Assembly (NCBI GenBank): GCA_951406725.2
Contig: OX597815.1
Coordinates: 92,752,001-92,816,000, forward strand
Origin: Octopus vulgaris
Lineage: Eukaryota
DNA: 64,000 nucleotides
Reading direction: 5' to 3'
Position numbers and translations under genes: made by a program
The notes under the pieces: model-generated
Database searches by the model: none
What the model saw: only the letters and a program-made list of their open reading frames with translations
Told to the model about the DNA's origin: nothing
In this document: positions 37,716 to 52,193 of the stretch, in pieces
Layout of the letters: the number at the start of each line of letters is the position of its first letter
Numbering within the stretch: position 1 is the stretch's first letter

Positions 37716-40042
37716 ATACAGAATTCTCTTTCTCTTTCATTTGGCATTTGACAGTTAAGATAACTATCATTCTCTTCCATCTGGTACCTTACTGGAGTAA
37801 CATCTCTCTGTCTCCTTCACCCAGAGGAATATATCTCTTTCTTTTGTCAGGCATTTTAGCAAATGAACATATCTATCTCTTTCTAGCATGCTTATTTCTT
37901 TAGTACATACATCTGACACAAACATTACCAAAAGTTGTGCCAATTGTTAATATCATTCTTTTACCATTGTAAAATGGCTGACTAATGTCTCGAACAAGAC
38001 AAATTATGACAGATTAATAAAATCTGTGCAAATGTACTTTTTCCTTTTGTTAATTCATTTGGTGCATATCACACTGTTACATGAAGTTTTAACTAATCAG
38101 CTGTCAATGCTAATAACCAGTGCATCTGTTACATCTATAAGTAACACATAATAGTTACATATAAATATATATATTCTGAGGCATTCAAGTGTAAAAGAGT
38201 TTGCATTAACAAACTCTGTGCAAAAATTGAAAAAAAAACAATGATGATAATAACAATAATGATGTTATACAATGCCTGTGTTAAATTACTGACGTATTAG
38301 CAGTGTTTCATTCTGTTGTTATACTACAGAATATCTCTTATGGGGCACCACCTTGAAAAGTTTTAGTCGAACAAATTGACCCCAGAACATATTTCTTATT
38401 TTGAAGCCTGGTACTTTTTTCAGTTGGCCTCTTTTGCTGAACTGCTAACTTACAGGGATGTAAACAAACTCACATCAGTTCTCAAGCCGTGAAGAGAACA
38501 AACACACACACATTGGGGCTTCCACACTGTTTCCATCTACCAAATTCATTCACAAAGCATTAGTTAGCTCAGGACTATTAAAAGAAGACACTTGCAGTAA
38601 GACTGAACCTGAAATCATGTAGTTACAAAGCAAGCTTCTTAATCACATGGCCATGCCTGTACCTATAGATGTTTTTTTAGTCAGCATTGTATGTTACGAT
38701 CAATATAAAGATTATGTCTTCATACAGTATGCTCATGAACAGGTAAAGAAGGAACAACTATATGCTATATATTTTGATTCTGTTTGGAGTAACGTCTTCA
38801 GCTGTGCACCCTCCTTAACTATCCACAAACACACTGCTTATATATATTATGAATATATATGTATTTAGAGTACCTGAAACATCAATAATCCTTTTTACTA
38901 CAGGCACAAGGCCAGAAATTTGGGGAAAGGAGATAAGTTGATTAGATTGACCCCAATGTTTCACTGGTACTTAATTTATCAACCCCGAAAGGATGAAGGG
39001 CAAAGTTGATCTCAGTGGAATTTGAACTCAGAACATTAAGATGGACAAAATGCTGCAAAGCATTTTGCCCAGCATGCAAACGATTTTGCCGACTCACTAT
39101 AATGATGGAATTATTGTTGAAAAAGTTATCTGATGAAATTTGGTGGATTAAAGGATAGGGGAAATAAATAAGAATACCAAAATAACAGGAAAATAAAGAA
39201 ATTATATTTATCACTCCAAAAACCAATACAGGTATGATTCACTGTATAAGTTCGTAAAGAACAACATTTCTTGTGTAGACATGAGGAAGGTCCTACCATG
39301 CATTGGCCTTCTAAATTTTCAATCTGTAATTTCATAGTGTTCCTAATACTATCCCAGATCAAGTCATTTCACATGATATGCTACATATACTACAGTAGGT
39401 TGCATGCTAAAGTAGCATTGACATTTTTATGACTGTTGCGATACTGGGTGTATCATCTGAATTTATTAATATTAAAACATTATAAGACAATGAAGATAGC
39501 AGAATGAACTTACAAATAAAAATATAATAAACAGAACAGGTCCATCAAGTAAGTAGAGACTTTGAAAGTTTAGAGAGAAAAATTTTGATTGGTCTCAGTG
39601 GAAAAAAATTAAATCACACTTACGTGTCATTCTATAGTATGGCAGCAACTTACCTCAAAAGAGCTGCTACAATAATGATGAAGAAATCTATTATAAATGT
39701 TTGTGAGGCACAGCTGATTGTCAAAATTTATGAATATCAAAATTATTAAGGAAGCAGAATGAACTTTCAATACAAAAGACAAACAGAACAACTAAATAGA
39801 GATATAGTTGCAATAAGGAAATAGATACACTGTTGGTTAATTTTAAAAACTTCAAACTATTTCATTAAGTATTATGAACCAAATGCAATAAAATAAACAG
39901 AATGACTAGTTTTGAGTTGAATGATTTAGAAAGTAAATGACAGCTTCTGCTCTTGAGATTTGTATGACTGTATTCCAATTTCTTATTGACTAGTATTTTT
40001 CTTTTCCATTGATTTTTTAAAATCCATTTCCATGGCAAAATT

Positions 40043-40084
<42 letters not shown>

Positions 40085-41299
40085 CATGGTACAATTGTTA
40101 TAGTACTTATGAGAAAATGCTAACACTTAAGCAATTGTAAGGTATTTGTTTATACAAAATAATATAGATGAAAACATGTCACAAAAATTTAAAACAAAAT
40201 CAGTGTTAGGTAGTTAGTTATTATGTGAGAGTGCATGGTAGTAATGTTATCAAACCTGTTAAGGCATATTACTGCAGCGGAAAAGTGGTTAGGCTTGAAA
40301 CCAAGTCAATGACCAAAACACACATACACACAAAGAAGTACAAATAAAGAAGCTCATACATTCTGCAGATATATTCCATTATATAGAAGTCTGAGTAGGA
40401 TGAAAATGTTAGCTATCCAAATATTAATATGTCAATCATACTGTAAGCAATGCAATCCAAAGGAATGCAAGATAAATACCACATAACAATGTAAGGAAGT
40501 GGCAAAAAGTATTTTGTTCAGAAGTGTATTCTGTAATGTCAGCTTATGAGGTGAACAAAGTCTTAGAATTCTGGAATTCTATCAATATCGTCACAGTCTC
40601 AGTGACCACTTCTTCAGCTCAAAATTCTAAAAAACATATTTTTCATAATTGTAATACATACATAAATACATATATGCATGATGCATGCATGCATACATAT
40701 ATTGTCATCAGCATTATAATTCCACATCCATCTTCCATATAAGAATGGTTTGGATAATTTGACAGGATCCAATGAGCTAGTGGATTGCATCAAGCCCCAA
40801 TGGCTTAGTTTCTATGGCTGGGTGCCCTTTCTAATGCCAACCACTTCACTGGGTGTACTGCATGCATTTTTTTCTTGGCACCAGCACCTGTGAGATTGCC
40901 AGGCAACTTGCTAAATAAAGAAAAAAAAACTCCTTGAATGGGTGAGATTATGGCATAAAGAGGAAAGCGGATTTATGCCAGGTAGAGGGAGTTAAGGAAC
41001 AATAAAATACAAACCTTGCTCGAATGGTTGACAAATAACGTTTTTGACTTATGACATAAGAAATACTAACATACAACAAAGGATGATTCAGATACACATA
41101 CATGGGTATAGAAGCACACCTTTGCATACTGTTTGGACAGATGCAGTAGTATATCATTAACCTATGTATGTGCGTGTGTGTGTGTGTGCAAGTAAATATG
41201 TGTTTAACCTTTTAGTTTTCAGATTACTCTGGCAAATATAATGCTTATTTATTTACATTGTTTTGAATTTATCCAGCAATATCTTGTAGTTTTGCGATT

Positions 41300-42950
41300 T
41301 TATTAATGTAATTGTTGAGTTGCTTGAACGGAGGTGTGTAGATTTGTGTTGCATCCAAAAGGTAAGGTGGAGAGGAGGTTCTGCTAAGTTCCTCAAAAAA
41401 ACATAGGTATAAGATTTTCTGGGTAGGGAACAGTGATGGGATTTGGAGTGTTGGTATACTCCTTGCTGCAAAATGGGTTGATAAAGTAATCAAGGTAGTC
41501 AGAGTCTGTGATAGAATATTTAAGCTTAGACTAGTGGTGCAACCTGGAATAGCAATCATTATCTCAGCCTATGTCCCTCAGTCAGGTTTACCTGATGAAC
41601 AGAAAGACACCCTCTTGCAGACTACCTTGTTGACAAATGACAGGGACCTTCTCTTTGTGGCTGGTGACTTCAATGGGCGTGTTGGACAACATCCAGGGAG
41701 CTTCCATGGTGTGCATGGTAGCAACAGATTTGGTTCCTGCAATGAGGGAACCAGACTGCTGGAGTTCTGTCATGCAAATGATCTGATCTGTAATACTGAC
41801 TTGAGGAAACCTACCAGTCTGGTGGGTACACTAGTCAGATTGACTACATTCTCACCAGGAAACAGGAAAGATGGCTACTTATGAATGCCAAAACTTTCCC
41901 AGGTGAAGAATGCATCCCACAACATAGGTTAGTTGTTATCAACTTCTGGATCAGGGCTAAATGGCTGCCCAGAAGATGATCAGTGTGGAAAAGAAGAATC
42001 TGGAAGCTTAAGGATCCTCTGAATGGACAGATATTTAGAGACATATTACTTGAAGCTTTTGATGAAAAAGAGAATATAGTGTCACATAACATGGAGGACA
42101 ACTGGAGGTTCCTATGGGACAACCTGTTATGGGCTACTGATCAGATCTGTGGCTGGTGCAAAGTCCCCTCTCAACCTAAGGTGACATGGTGGTGGAACAT
42201 GTAGTTGAAAGGGCCATTAGGGAAAATAAACAGGTATGGGAGGACTGGAAGTGTGGTGGTTGCAGTGAACTGTATCAGATAACCAGAAGGGAAGTTAGGA
42301 GACACATTTACTTAGCCAGAGAGGAAGCAGAAAAGAAGAGATTTATCAATGTTCTATGTTTCGAATTGCAAGACAGTGTGTATGAGAAAATCACGATGTC
42401 ATAGGAGAGAAATATGTCTGCATGGATGATGGCTCACTTGCTTTTAATGATGCTGCAAAGAAAGCAACTTGGAGACACCACTATGAAAGGTTGCTAAATG
42501 AAGAGAATGAATGGGAGAAATCAAGTTGTTGGATCAGGTCATGAAGGTCACGGAGGGAATCATAGCCCAACTAATTAGGGAGAGAGTCAGTTTAGATGAG
42601 ATGCAGTTTGGGTTCGTGCCAAGGAAAAGCACCACTGATGCTATATTTCTGGTAAGACAGCTGCAGGAGAAATACCTAGCCAAAGATAAACCTCTGTACT
42701 TGGCTTTTGTTGACATGGAGAAAGCCTTTGACAAGGTCCCCCCACCCCCGATCCCTTATCTGATGGTCAATGCAGAAACTAGGAATAGATGAGTAGTTGG
42801 GGAGAGCTGTACAAGCCATGTACAGGGATATTGTCAGTAAGGTGAGGGTTGGGACTGAGTATAGTGAATAATTCAGGGTACAAGTAAAGGTTCACCAAGA
42901 ATCAGTCCTCAGCCCCCTCTTGTTCATCATAGTCCTCCAGGTGATAACTA
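41300..42950 (+). mobile_element. RTE-clade LINE relic (AP endonuclease + partial RT), internally deleted
   Basis: ELLERRCVDLCCIQKVRWRG, GVGILLAAKWVDKV..DRI, ISAYVPQSG, AGDFNGRVG and SQIDYIL (APE domain). IKLLDQVMKV..QFGFVPRKSTTDAIFLVRQLQEKY..AFVDMEKAFDKVP and VHQESVLSPLLFIIVL (RT domain). Deletion near 42515; ends before the YADD motif. Confidence 0.92.
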
Positions 42951-43350
42951 ACCACTCTTTATCATTTAACCTGATTTACCTCATTTTCCTACCCACAACA
43001 CTCTCACTTATATTTATCTGCTTAACAATCTCTCTAGTGCAGTTTATTGTTTAAAATCTTAACCTGTCACTTAGGTTCCTGAGTCAATACCTTACCTAAG
43101 TGTTTAAAAATCATAGCTTTCAATTAAATTCCTCACTGAATACTCTTTCTCTTGTAACCTGATACCCTAGTTCTTCATCTAGCTGCAACAAATTCCTTCT
43201 TATATGTTTCAACTTTTGTAGTTACATTGTCTTTTGCCTTTGATAGGTCCAGAACAGATGAAACTGGTGAGAATGTAAGTGAAAATGAAATACTACATTT
43301 GTCATTTGTTTTTGTCTTTAATTTTTCTAAAAAAGATTGCAACAATTCTT

Positions 43351-43554
43351 TTAGCCCTTTTGTTTTCATATTTCTGTTGAGATGAAATATAACAAAGAAT
43401 TTAGGAAAATAAATTTGTTATCATTAAACTAGTGTTAGGAAAATAAATTGTGACTAAGGTTTGGTGGAAGATTTTAATTCAGAACTTTTGAAAACAAGAC
43501 ATTTTGTACTACAGAGCCAGAGGCAGTTTCAGCTGGGTTGGTATCAAAAGGGTT
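43351..43554. mobile_element. Degenerate MITE of a second CCCTTTTG-terminated family
   Basis: Inverted ends ttagcccttttgttttca ... tggtatcaaaagggtt with decayed TTAA sites. Confidence 0.5.
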
Positions 43555-43714
43555 GCGCTATTTCATCCATTTTTTGTTTATATGACACTACTTCTGTGGA
43601 AACTTTTAACCAGTTTACACTATTCATGTGTATATCACTATCATCATCATCATTTAACATCTGTTTTCCATGCTGGCATGGGTTGGATGGTTTGACTGAG
43701 CCTGGAGAGCCAGC

Positions 43715-44175
43715 TTCCAACATAGCCTCAAGATAGCTCAGGAACCTGGTGCATGCATTCTTCACCGTGTTCCTGGGAAGATCTTTGAACACCTCCTTGG
43801 TCTTAGCATCTGGCTCAGCTTTGGTGTTGTGATCAGAGAGGTTGGTGTCTTTATCAACTGTACCCGTTGCATAATAATCCATGGGATTACAATCAGCGGA
43901 ATTAGAAGGTTAGAAATTGCGGTTGGTGAAGTGATACAGATTCTCCAACAACCTCTTTCTGGAGGTATGGCAAGGAACTGAACCCTACTGCCATGCATAT
44001 TTCTTCCAGCAGCAACACTCTCCAGCCAATGTTTGACCACAGACTTCAGCAGCTTCACATAGCTGTCTAAATTGAGCCTAATGCCTTCCCTATATAAGAT
44101 GGCATGATGTCACCCTCACTAATGGTGCACCCACAGATCATTACAGTTTCGAGGAACTTGGTTTTCATGATGTCC
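43715..44175 (-). mobile_element. maT/DD37D-like transposase C-terminal relic
   Basis: Frames give YVKLLKSVVKHWLESVAAGR, VPCHTS, PSNSADCNPMDYY...VDKDTN and EVFKDLPRNTVKNACTRFLSYLEAMLEA, matching the WPPNSPDxNPxDY motif and C-terminal helices. No TIRs seen. Confidence 0.75.
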
Positions 44176-46378
44176 TGCCACATCTGATAGTTTTTATAGT
44201 GTTTACAGAACACTGAGTAACAGTTACGATGTCAATATTTTCATATCTGGAATGAACCATCATGATACAGGTAGCTCTTTTTCAATATTCAGATGACTTC
44301 CAGTCTTCCATGTCAGCTAACCTTTTCTCAAATCAACCTTAAACTTAACGTTCACGAATGCCATTGATTATTCACTAATACATCAAGTTGTTCATGAAAA
44401 AAGGAAGCATAAAAGAAAAATAATCAAATTTACCCCCAAATACTCTGTATAAAGTCCAAGAATAGAGTATATGTTACATAGCTCAGATTTATAAATTCCC
44501 TTTTATCTGATATATCCATGTGTGTGTGTGTAAGATCTAAGGGTCTAGGTGTAGGAAGTTACTCAGCTTTGAGCAGTCCATAGTGGGTATAAAAAACAAC
44601 TTTTGGGAACAATACTAATTTATTGACACCAAAGGTTGTAGGTTTTTCCCATACTGAAGTTCAATAAGCTGAAAAAAAAAATTTATAGCTCATGGTTAGC
44701 AACCAGGGTTGCTATGAATGTGAATAAAAATTCAAATTGAGTGGGTGAAGCAGGTAAAATCCAGGCTACACATGTTTCCTTACTAGTAGATCCTTGGAAA
44801 TAATTACTCAATGAGGAGTTCTCCACTAGATGATTAAGAACACAAGCATCCCACCACCTCCCCATAAACAGACTGCCAGTACTTTGTAGGATTAAACTAT
44901 CCCCTCAGCAATTTAGTAGTTTGGTGGTCTCAGAATTGTTAGATTTTATATTCAACTTTTGGATAAGGTGCTTTGTGTCTTTGAGCAGTGTACTTCATTT
45001 CACATTGTTTCAATCCTTTCGTCTCAGATGAAACAGAATACACACACACACACACACACACACACATGCACGCGCATGCACATTTGTTAAATAGAGATAA
45101 AACATCTTGTTTTCCAGTTCCAAATATGGCAAAAGGCCTCCAAACTTGTTATATAATGCTTTGATGATTATAAAATGTCTGAGGTAATTTGTAAGCCATT
45201 TTGTTTTTGTTGTTATTGTTAGGTCGAATCTTTCCTTCTTGATAGAAGTCAAAGGATGGTGATTGTTGAAGATGAACAGAGATGAACAACTCTAGTTAAT
45301 GATTTGTTTACACGAAATGTTAGAGGGTTGTCTCTAGAAAATAGATGTTGCAAGTTGTTTTTGTTTGTTCGGTTGGTTGGCTGATTGTTTTTTGGAGATG
45401 TCAGTAAGTGAAATGATGATGCTGAGATTACGAAATGGCTAGTTTAAAGCGGTGGAGGGCTAAATAAATAAAGACTGGCAGAGCTAATGTTGAAAATATC
45501 TCAGCTAATATTTATTGGTCTCTGGAGAAAATGAATGTATTTTCATTGCTGTGTTCTAGCTGTAAGGCATTCATTACAACAGGAGTTGAATGGCTGTAAT
45601 TATCACTCTCAGTTATGGAATGATAATATATTTATTTTAGTGATGAAGAAGGCAGGTTTGGATAGCAAAGCATCTGTCTTGTTTATTGAACCAACTTATC
45701 ATAGCTCGCATATGCATTGATGGCAAAGCACCATATCATGGTGGTATCATACACATAGGTATACACATACACACACACATATATGTATGTAAATGCGTGT
45801 GTATGTGCGTGTATATATATGTATAAACATACACACTCACATATATATACATATACACATGTGGTTCTACATTTATGGTACAATACCATATTTTTGTGGT
45901 ATCATATACACACATATGGTTGTATTATTCTAACACATATATGATACATATATAACACACATATACACACATACATATGTAAATCTGCACTCATTAAAGT
46001 TAGTTAACATACATACACACATACCACAACATGCATTATTAAAGCAGTATAACAATATAACACACACATATATATACATAGGTCAAATGAGGTTGACCTT
46101 GAGGGAAGATTCAAAATGAATGACACTGCTTGTATGACAGTGATTTTCATTTACAAATATTGCACAAGGAGTCACACATCCACATGCATGCACACACACA
46201 TATTCAGATACATGTATACATATGTTGGGCTCCTTTCAGTTTCCATCTACCAAATCCACTTACAAATCTTTGGTTGATCTATGGCTAACCTGAAACCCCA
46301 TTGTTGTGAAGCAATCTTCTCTACTACACAGTCATATTTGTACTTTGTATATGCACACAGTCATAGTTGTGTCTTGTA

Positions 46379-47654
46379 TTAGGTTGGCAACTAAGTTCCT
46401 GCCATTTTTTTGAATTAAAATTTTTTAAAAGGTTTAATAAAAAAATAACAGCTAATTAATCAATAATGTATTCACCCTTGTTGTTTACAACTTCTTCCCA
46501 ACGTTCAACAAAATTTTCAATACCTCGTTGGTAGAAATTACCCGATTTCAACTCTAAAAATTGATCCAACCAAGCTCTCAATTCAGTATCGAATGAAACT
46601 TCGCGCATAGCATTTGAAAGAGGTGGAAATCCGTTGGTGCAAAATCAGGAGAGTAAGGTGGGTGTGGCAGTACTTCCCAGCCATGCATTTGAATGGCTTC
46701 CTTAGTTATATTGGCAACTTGAGGGCGGGCGTTGTCATGCAGCAGAACTCCCTGCTGCCGATTAGGTCTTTTCTCTTGAATAGCAGTGTTGTGTCGTTCC
46801 ATCTGTTGAACATAGAGTTCCACATTGACCGTTTGGTTCCATTCAAGCAATTCGTAATGGATAATCCCTTCCCAGTCCCACCATACACACAACATCATTT
46901 TACACGGATGAAGATCTTGTTTCACACGCGGTGTTTCTTGTTTACCGGGGCTAAGCCATTCCTTACGCTGCTTCATATTGATGTACAGGCACCATTTTTC
47001 GTCGCCATTAACGATTTGGTAAAGAAATCATTGCTTGTGTCCATGAGTTGAAGGGTGACGAGCAAGCAAACCAGCGGAGATTGTGGCTCGTTGATTTTTG
47101 TTGTTGTCACTTAAAACATGCGGAACCCATGCTCCATACTTCTGAATCTTTCCTATCAAGTGAAGATGTTTCTCTATAGCAGTGTGGGAGCATTCTATTT
47201 TCTCTGCCAGTTCCCTTGTCATTTGACGAGAATTTTCGTGCAAAAGTTGGTTTAATCGCTCTTCATCAAACTCAACTTGGCGGCCAGAACGAGTTGCGTC
47301 TTTGAGGTCAAAATTCCATTTTTGAACTTGGCATACCAATCATGAATGGGTTCATTCAGCTATGGCACCCTCTCCATACACAGCACAAATGTCGAAAGCA
47401 GCTTTTGAAGCCTTAGAACCTTGATTAAAAGCAAAAAGGAGGTGTTGAAAATGCTTGTTTTTCTTAACTTGACATTCCATTTTAATTATCTGAAAATAAA
47501 CAAAAATTAACTTAAATTAACTAGAAAAAAAAAAGCAAAATAGATTCCAAAATGATTCAAAAATAGAATTCTCGAAAAAAATAGATTCTCAAATTTAAAA
47601 ACGCAATAAATTCCAAAATTTTAAAAAATGGCGGGAACTTAGTTGCCAACCCAA
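46379..47654 (-). mobile_element. Full-length (1276 bp) mariner DNA transposon, DD34D type, mellifera-like
   Basis: TIRs ttaggttggcaactaagttcctgccatttttt (from 46379) and its near-perfect reverse complement ending 47654. TA duplications at 46377-46378 and 47655-47656. Internal transposase carries WVPHVL, GDEKW, HDNARP and HPPYSPDFAPTDFHLF motifs. Confidence 0.95.
46456..47480 (-). pseudogene. Disrupted mariner transposase
   Basis: Starts MECQVKKNKHF (ATG 47480) and ends ...VNNKGEYIID* (46456). It is split into ORFs 47028-47339 and 46578-46976 by a stop codon and frameshifts. Confidence 0.9.
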
Positions 47655-48257
47655 TATATGTGTCTATATCTGTATCCTTATCTATGTTTATGTAAAAATT
47701 GATGTTTCAGAAAGTGTTACCAAAAGTGCATCAAAATGTGAAAGTTAATGATTCAACAACTATGGCTCCATTAAATAAATACCAGGCTGAAATAAGTACT
47801 AGAGTTGATATGATTGATTAAAACTTAGAAGATAGTTTTCCAGTATAGCTGCATTCCTATGACTAAAACCAGGGGGGGGAAAAAAGAATGCTTAGAATAC
47901 ATAAATATATTAGATTGCTATTTCTTGACATGTGTATATGGCCTCCCATGAAGCATACCTGTTCACACCTCATGTCAAGGAGCTAGCACTTCCTTGACTA
48001 TGTACCCCCACTAGCTTTTAGATAGCACACCCATTTAACATACCCATTCACACATCTAAAACCATCCCATTCATCCTGGTGGATAAAAGAATTGGTGATA
48101 TTTTAACAGTATGCAGGTGGTGGTGATGGTTGTGGTAGGTGTGGTAGTAACTTGTTTACTGGAACCATTAACTATGGTCATATACAATTATCATGTATAA
48201 TTGTGATAGAGCATTGAAAGACAGTAAATAATAGAGAATGTTGAGAAAAGCATATTC

Positions 48258-48487
48258 ACTATTTCATCTTTATCATCATGGAAATCATCAGCAGTAGCAT
48301 CAGCATCACTATCATTGTTGTTGCTATTGGCATCATCATCATCATCCATTACCATCATCTTCATCATCATCATTATTGTCATTGTCATCATCATCATCAT
48401 CATTTTTGTCATCATTGGCATTGCCATCATCACTGTCTTTATCATCATCATCAATCTCACCATCATTGTCATCATCATCATCATCAA
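48258..48487. repeat. Degenerate (CAT)n low-complexity tract
   Basis: About 230 bp of CAT/CAC/TGT variants, producing the spurious poly-H/I/M/D ORFs. Confidence 0.9.
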
Positions 48488-48504
48488 TATTTTAATATAT
48501 AGGT

Positions 48505-48835
48505 GCAAGTATGGCTGTGTAGTAAGAAGCTTACTTCCCAACCACATGGTTCCAGGTTCAGTCTTATTGCATGGCGCCTTGAGCAAGTGTCTCCTTCTAT
48601 TGCCTTGGGTCAACCAAAGCCTTGTGAGTGGATTTGGTAAACAGAAACTGAAAGAAGCCCATCGTATGTGTGTGTGTGTGTTGGTGTGTTTACGTTGCCA
48701 TCACTTAGCAGTTTGATGAAAGGGTGTATTAGATCAAGTACCAGGTTTAAAAAAAAGAACTGGAGTTGATTCATTCGACTAAAAATTCTTCAAGACAGTG
48801 CTCAAGCATGGCCACAGTCAAATGACTGAAACATA
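48505..48835 (+). mobile_element. SINE family A copy
   Basis: Collinear with 7748-8133 over head, (TG)n hinge and tail. Confidence 0.85.
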
Positions 48836-51653
48836 ATTTTTCATTCATTTTCTGCCATACACATCATATTAACCAATCATCTCAATTTATTTTATCTCTT
48901 CTGTGAGTCATAACATTCTGAGATCTAATTTTGTTACTTCTTCCCACATATTCTTCTTTCATAGATACCTATTTCTTTACTACCCACAAGGGGCTAAACA
49001 CAGAGAGGACAAACAAGGACAGACAAATGGATTAAGTCGATTACATCGACCCCAGTGCGTAACTGGCACTTAATTTATCGACCCCGAAAAGATGAAATGT
49101 AAAGTTGACCTCGGCGGAATTTGAACTCAGAATGCAGCAACGGACGAAATACCGCTAAGCATTTCACCCGGCTTGCTAACGTAGATACCCTCCACCTATA
49201 CAGTTCTTTATCACCCATCACTTATTTATTTTCATTATGTGCCCATACCAGTAGAACTAGGCTTAAAAGTATTCCAACCCTAATCATGCCATTTTCTTTC
49301 AAACATAGATTATCTAATATGTTCTAGAGTGTGATTCAAGGGAGATTTGGCTGCTATTTCTAGCATGTTGAGTAACTGCATAGACACCTTCTCATTAGCT
49401 TGCAGTTCTAGAGAGAAAGACTGAGGAATAGTGTTTGGTATAGAGTTTGGAGATGAGAGTGAAGCACAGTAAGGAGAAGTAGGTGCTCCAGCTGGCTGTC
49501 TAACAACGGACTATTGTGGTAATGGTAGAAGAGACAAATAGAGAACACACTGCATCAGTGTGCTAATGATTGTTGCTTTGTGTCGTTGTTTAACTCCAAG
49601 ACAAATCTGACTGAGCAAGCCTATGAGTAAAGGCATTCCAGCTGTCGCACCCCACCTTTTCAGGGCTGCAGGACTACATCATCTAACATTTCTTTCCATT
49701 TTTATCAAGATGGTGTTGTGTGACTCTAAGGAGATTAAGTTGGCATTTCTAGTAGGTTGGGCTCTGCCATTTATGCTGATAGGTGCAGCTTGTAAGAGGA
49801 AGATTTACTAATCAACCAGATGATTTTTTGGATATTATTTAAAATGCTTGTCTATCATAGCATAATCACAACTTACTAGACAGAACCAATGAAAAAGTCT
49901 TAGCTATGTGAGCTGTTTGACCCTGTTGCATCAATACTCCTTACACATACTTCTAACTCCAGTAACCACTCCCTAAACCTCTTTCCTCATCTTCTTTACT
50001 CTAGCTACTTTATTTTCCTTACAACTATTTCCAGCACAAATTAGATCTCCTAGGTAACAGAAGCTATCTATTACACCAGGGATCTGTTTGGGCAGTTGAT
50101 GGACTTCATTTCATTAGCGCTCCTACTGTTAACTATTACTATACATCTATCACATCTCAAGTCCTCATTCACTATCAGTCTGCCAGTTATCTCATTGTAT
50201 ATTCTTACTTATACTTCTTGCATTCTGTCTCTTACAGACAGAGAAGCTATTTGTTGCTGTTGTAGTTACTTAGCTTCAAGCCATTCCTGATCGTGCAGAT
50301 CTACAATCAAAGTCTCTCTCCACCACGATCATCCCACCCACTCAATTTTTCATTTCACTTACTGTTTGTACAGGGCTACACTAGCCAATGTGATTCTCAT
50401 CTCCAAGTTGTAGGGTGTGATTTGAGGGAAATTTGACTACTATTTTAGTAATAGTGCTATTTTGCTATAACAAAGGTAATAAAAAATCTTTACAATATTT
50501 TTTCACCCATTTTGATTACTTTAGCCAGTATTCTTTCAGAATATCCACCCTCCAGTACTAATTAAATTACCTAGGTAATAAAATTATCGACTATGAGCCA
50601 ACAAAGGAACATCTAAATAGCCACTAGTCCTACTAGCAGCCAAATCTTCCTCATAACACACCTTGCTGGCTCAAAAAAAAAAAAAGAAAAGAAATAAATA
50701 AAAAACCAGGTATGATCTGCCTGGAAAGAAAAAATAAAAAAAGATATGGGATGATCACTGCTGGAATTTTTTTGATCATAGGTCTTACATGGAGTAAAAC
50801 ATCAACATCACATCATCTTCATTTAGGAAAACCATCTGAACAATCCTAGATTATATTATTCCTTTCAAATTTTGGCACAAGGCCAATAAGTTTGGGGGTG
50901 GGGATAAGTTGATTACACTGATCCCAGTGCTCAACTGGTATTTATTTTATTAAGCCCCGTAAGGATGAAAGGCAAAGTTGATTTCAGCAGAATTTGAACT
51001 CAGACTGTAAGAATGGATGAAATGCTGCTAAGTATTTTGCCCAGCATGCTAATGATTCAGCCAGCTCGCTGCCTTATCCTAGGTTACAATATTGAAGTAT
51101 AGTTACTTCTGTACTTTGCATTAAAGAGGTGGTGGTAGAGGTGGGGAGCTTCGTCCCTTATCTAAAACAAACTGAGGTGAGACATACAAGATGATGACCT
51201 CCGCTCCACTACCAACATCACTATCCCTGCCACCGCTGCCACTGCCATAACCACCACCACTACCACCAACACCACCAAGAGTTGGATGTTGGCCTTTGAT
51301 GTTAGAATTTTATTTCATGTTGTATTTGTTTAGACCTAGGTTAAACAAACAGATGTATGACCAACAACGTTCTGGCCATGATCATCCTGTCTGTTTTTTG
51401 TTTTTTATTGTTGCTTCTTTTTGTATATCTAGAACCATCTTTGCAATGTGTCCTTTCCTATTTAAGTTTTGGCTGCTATTTCTTGCTGGGTGAAACACCA
51501 TATAGAAGCTTATAAGTTGTTAATGTTTACTGTGTTTCCGAAAGATGAAAACTAATGTGGAGGGATGCAACTAGGTGCAGATGATGTATGGTGGTGATGT
51601 GTTTGTTATTAATGAATATGGACATTAAAATTAAGATACAGAGGGTAGATTGT

Positions 51654-51710
51654 GAAGAAGAAGAAGAAGAAGAAGAAGAAGAAGAAGAAGAAGAAGAAGA
51701 AGAAGAAGAA
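51654..51710. repeat. (GAA)19 microsatellite
   Basis: Perfect GAA run. Confidence 0.95.
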
Positions 51711-52193
51711 GATAATGAAGGGTTACTACATGTTGGTGCTGGTGTTGATGATGATGGTGGTGGTGGTGAGATATGTATGACTGGTAGTGTTGAAACTGAT
51801 GAGTTGTGGCAGTCATGATGTTAGTGATGGCAGCAGCAAAGAAAATGGTGGTGGTGTGGTGATGGTGGTGGTGATGATGGTGAATGTGTTGGCAGAGGCA
51901 GTGGTGGCGATGATGAAGTTATAAGTTAGTTAGTGGTGGTGGCGGTGGTGGTGGAGGTGGAAGTTGTTGCTGATATTGTTATTGTTAGCCCCCATATCAG
52001 TTCTGATCAAGTAAATATAAAACTAAAAGCATTCCAGCCATGACCATCCAATCATTTTGTCTATTGATGACTAATCTGTCCAACATATTCTTCTCATTTA
52101 AGATGGTAGGGTGTTGTTTTAGGGGAGATTTGGTTGCTAGGAGTGGTGGCTGTGTGGTAAGTAGCTTCCTTACCAACTACATGGTTCTGAGTT

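Noticed and set aside
46578-46976. SETMAR-like domesticated gene
   Set aside because: Enclosed by TIRs and TA duplications and disrupted; an ordinary mariner copy.
48191-48716. His-rich, Ile-rich and Met/Asp-rich ORFs
   Set aside because: All are frames of a (CAT)n tract plus a SINE.
51588-51818. Poly-Glu ORF
   Set aside because: Translation of a (GAA)19 microsatellite with no domain or splice support.
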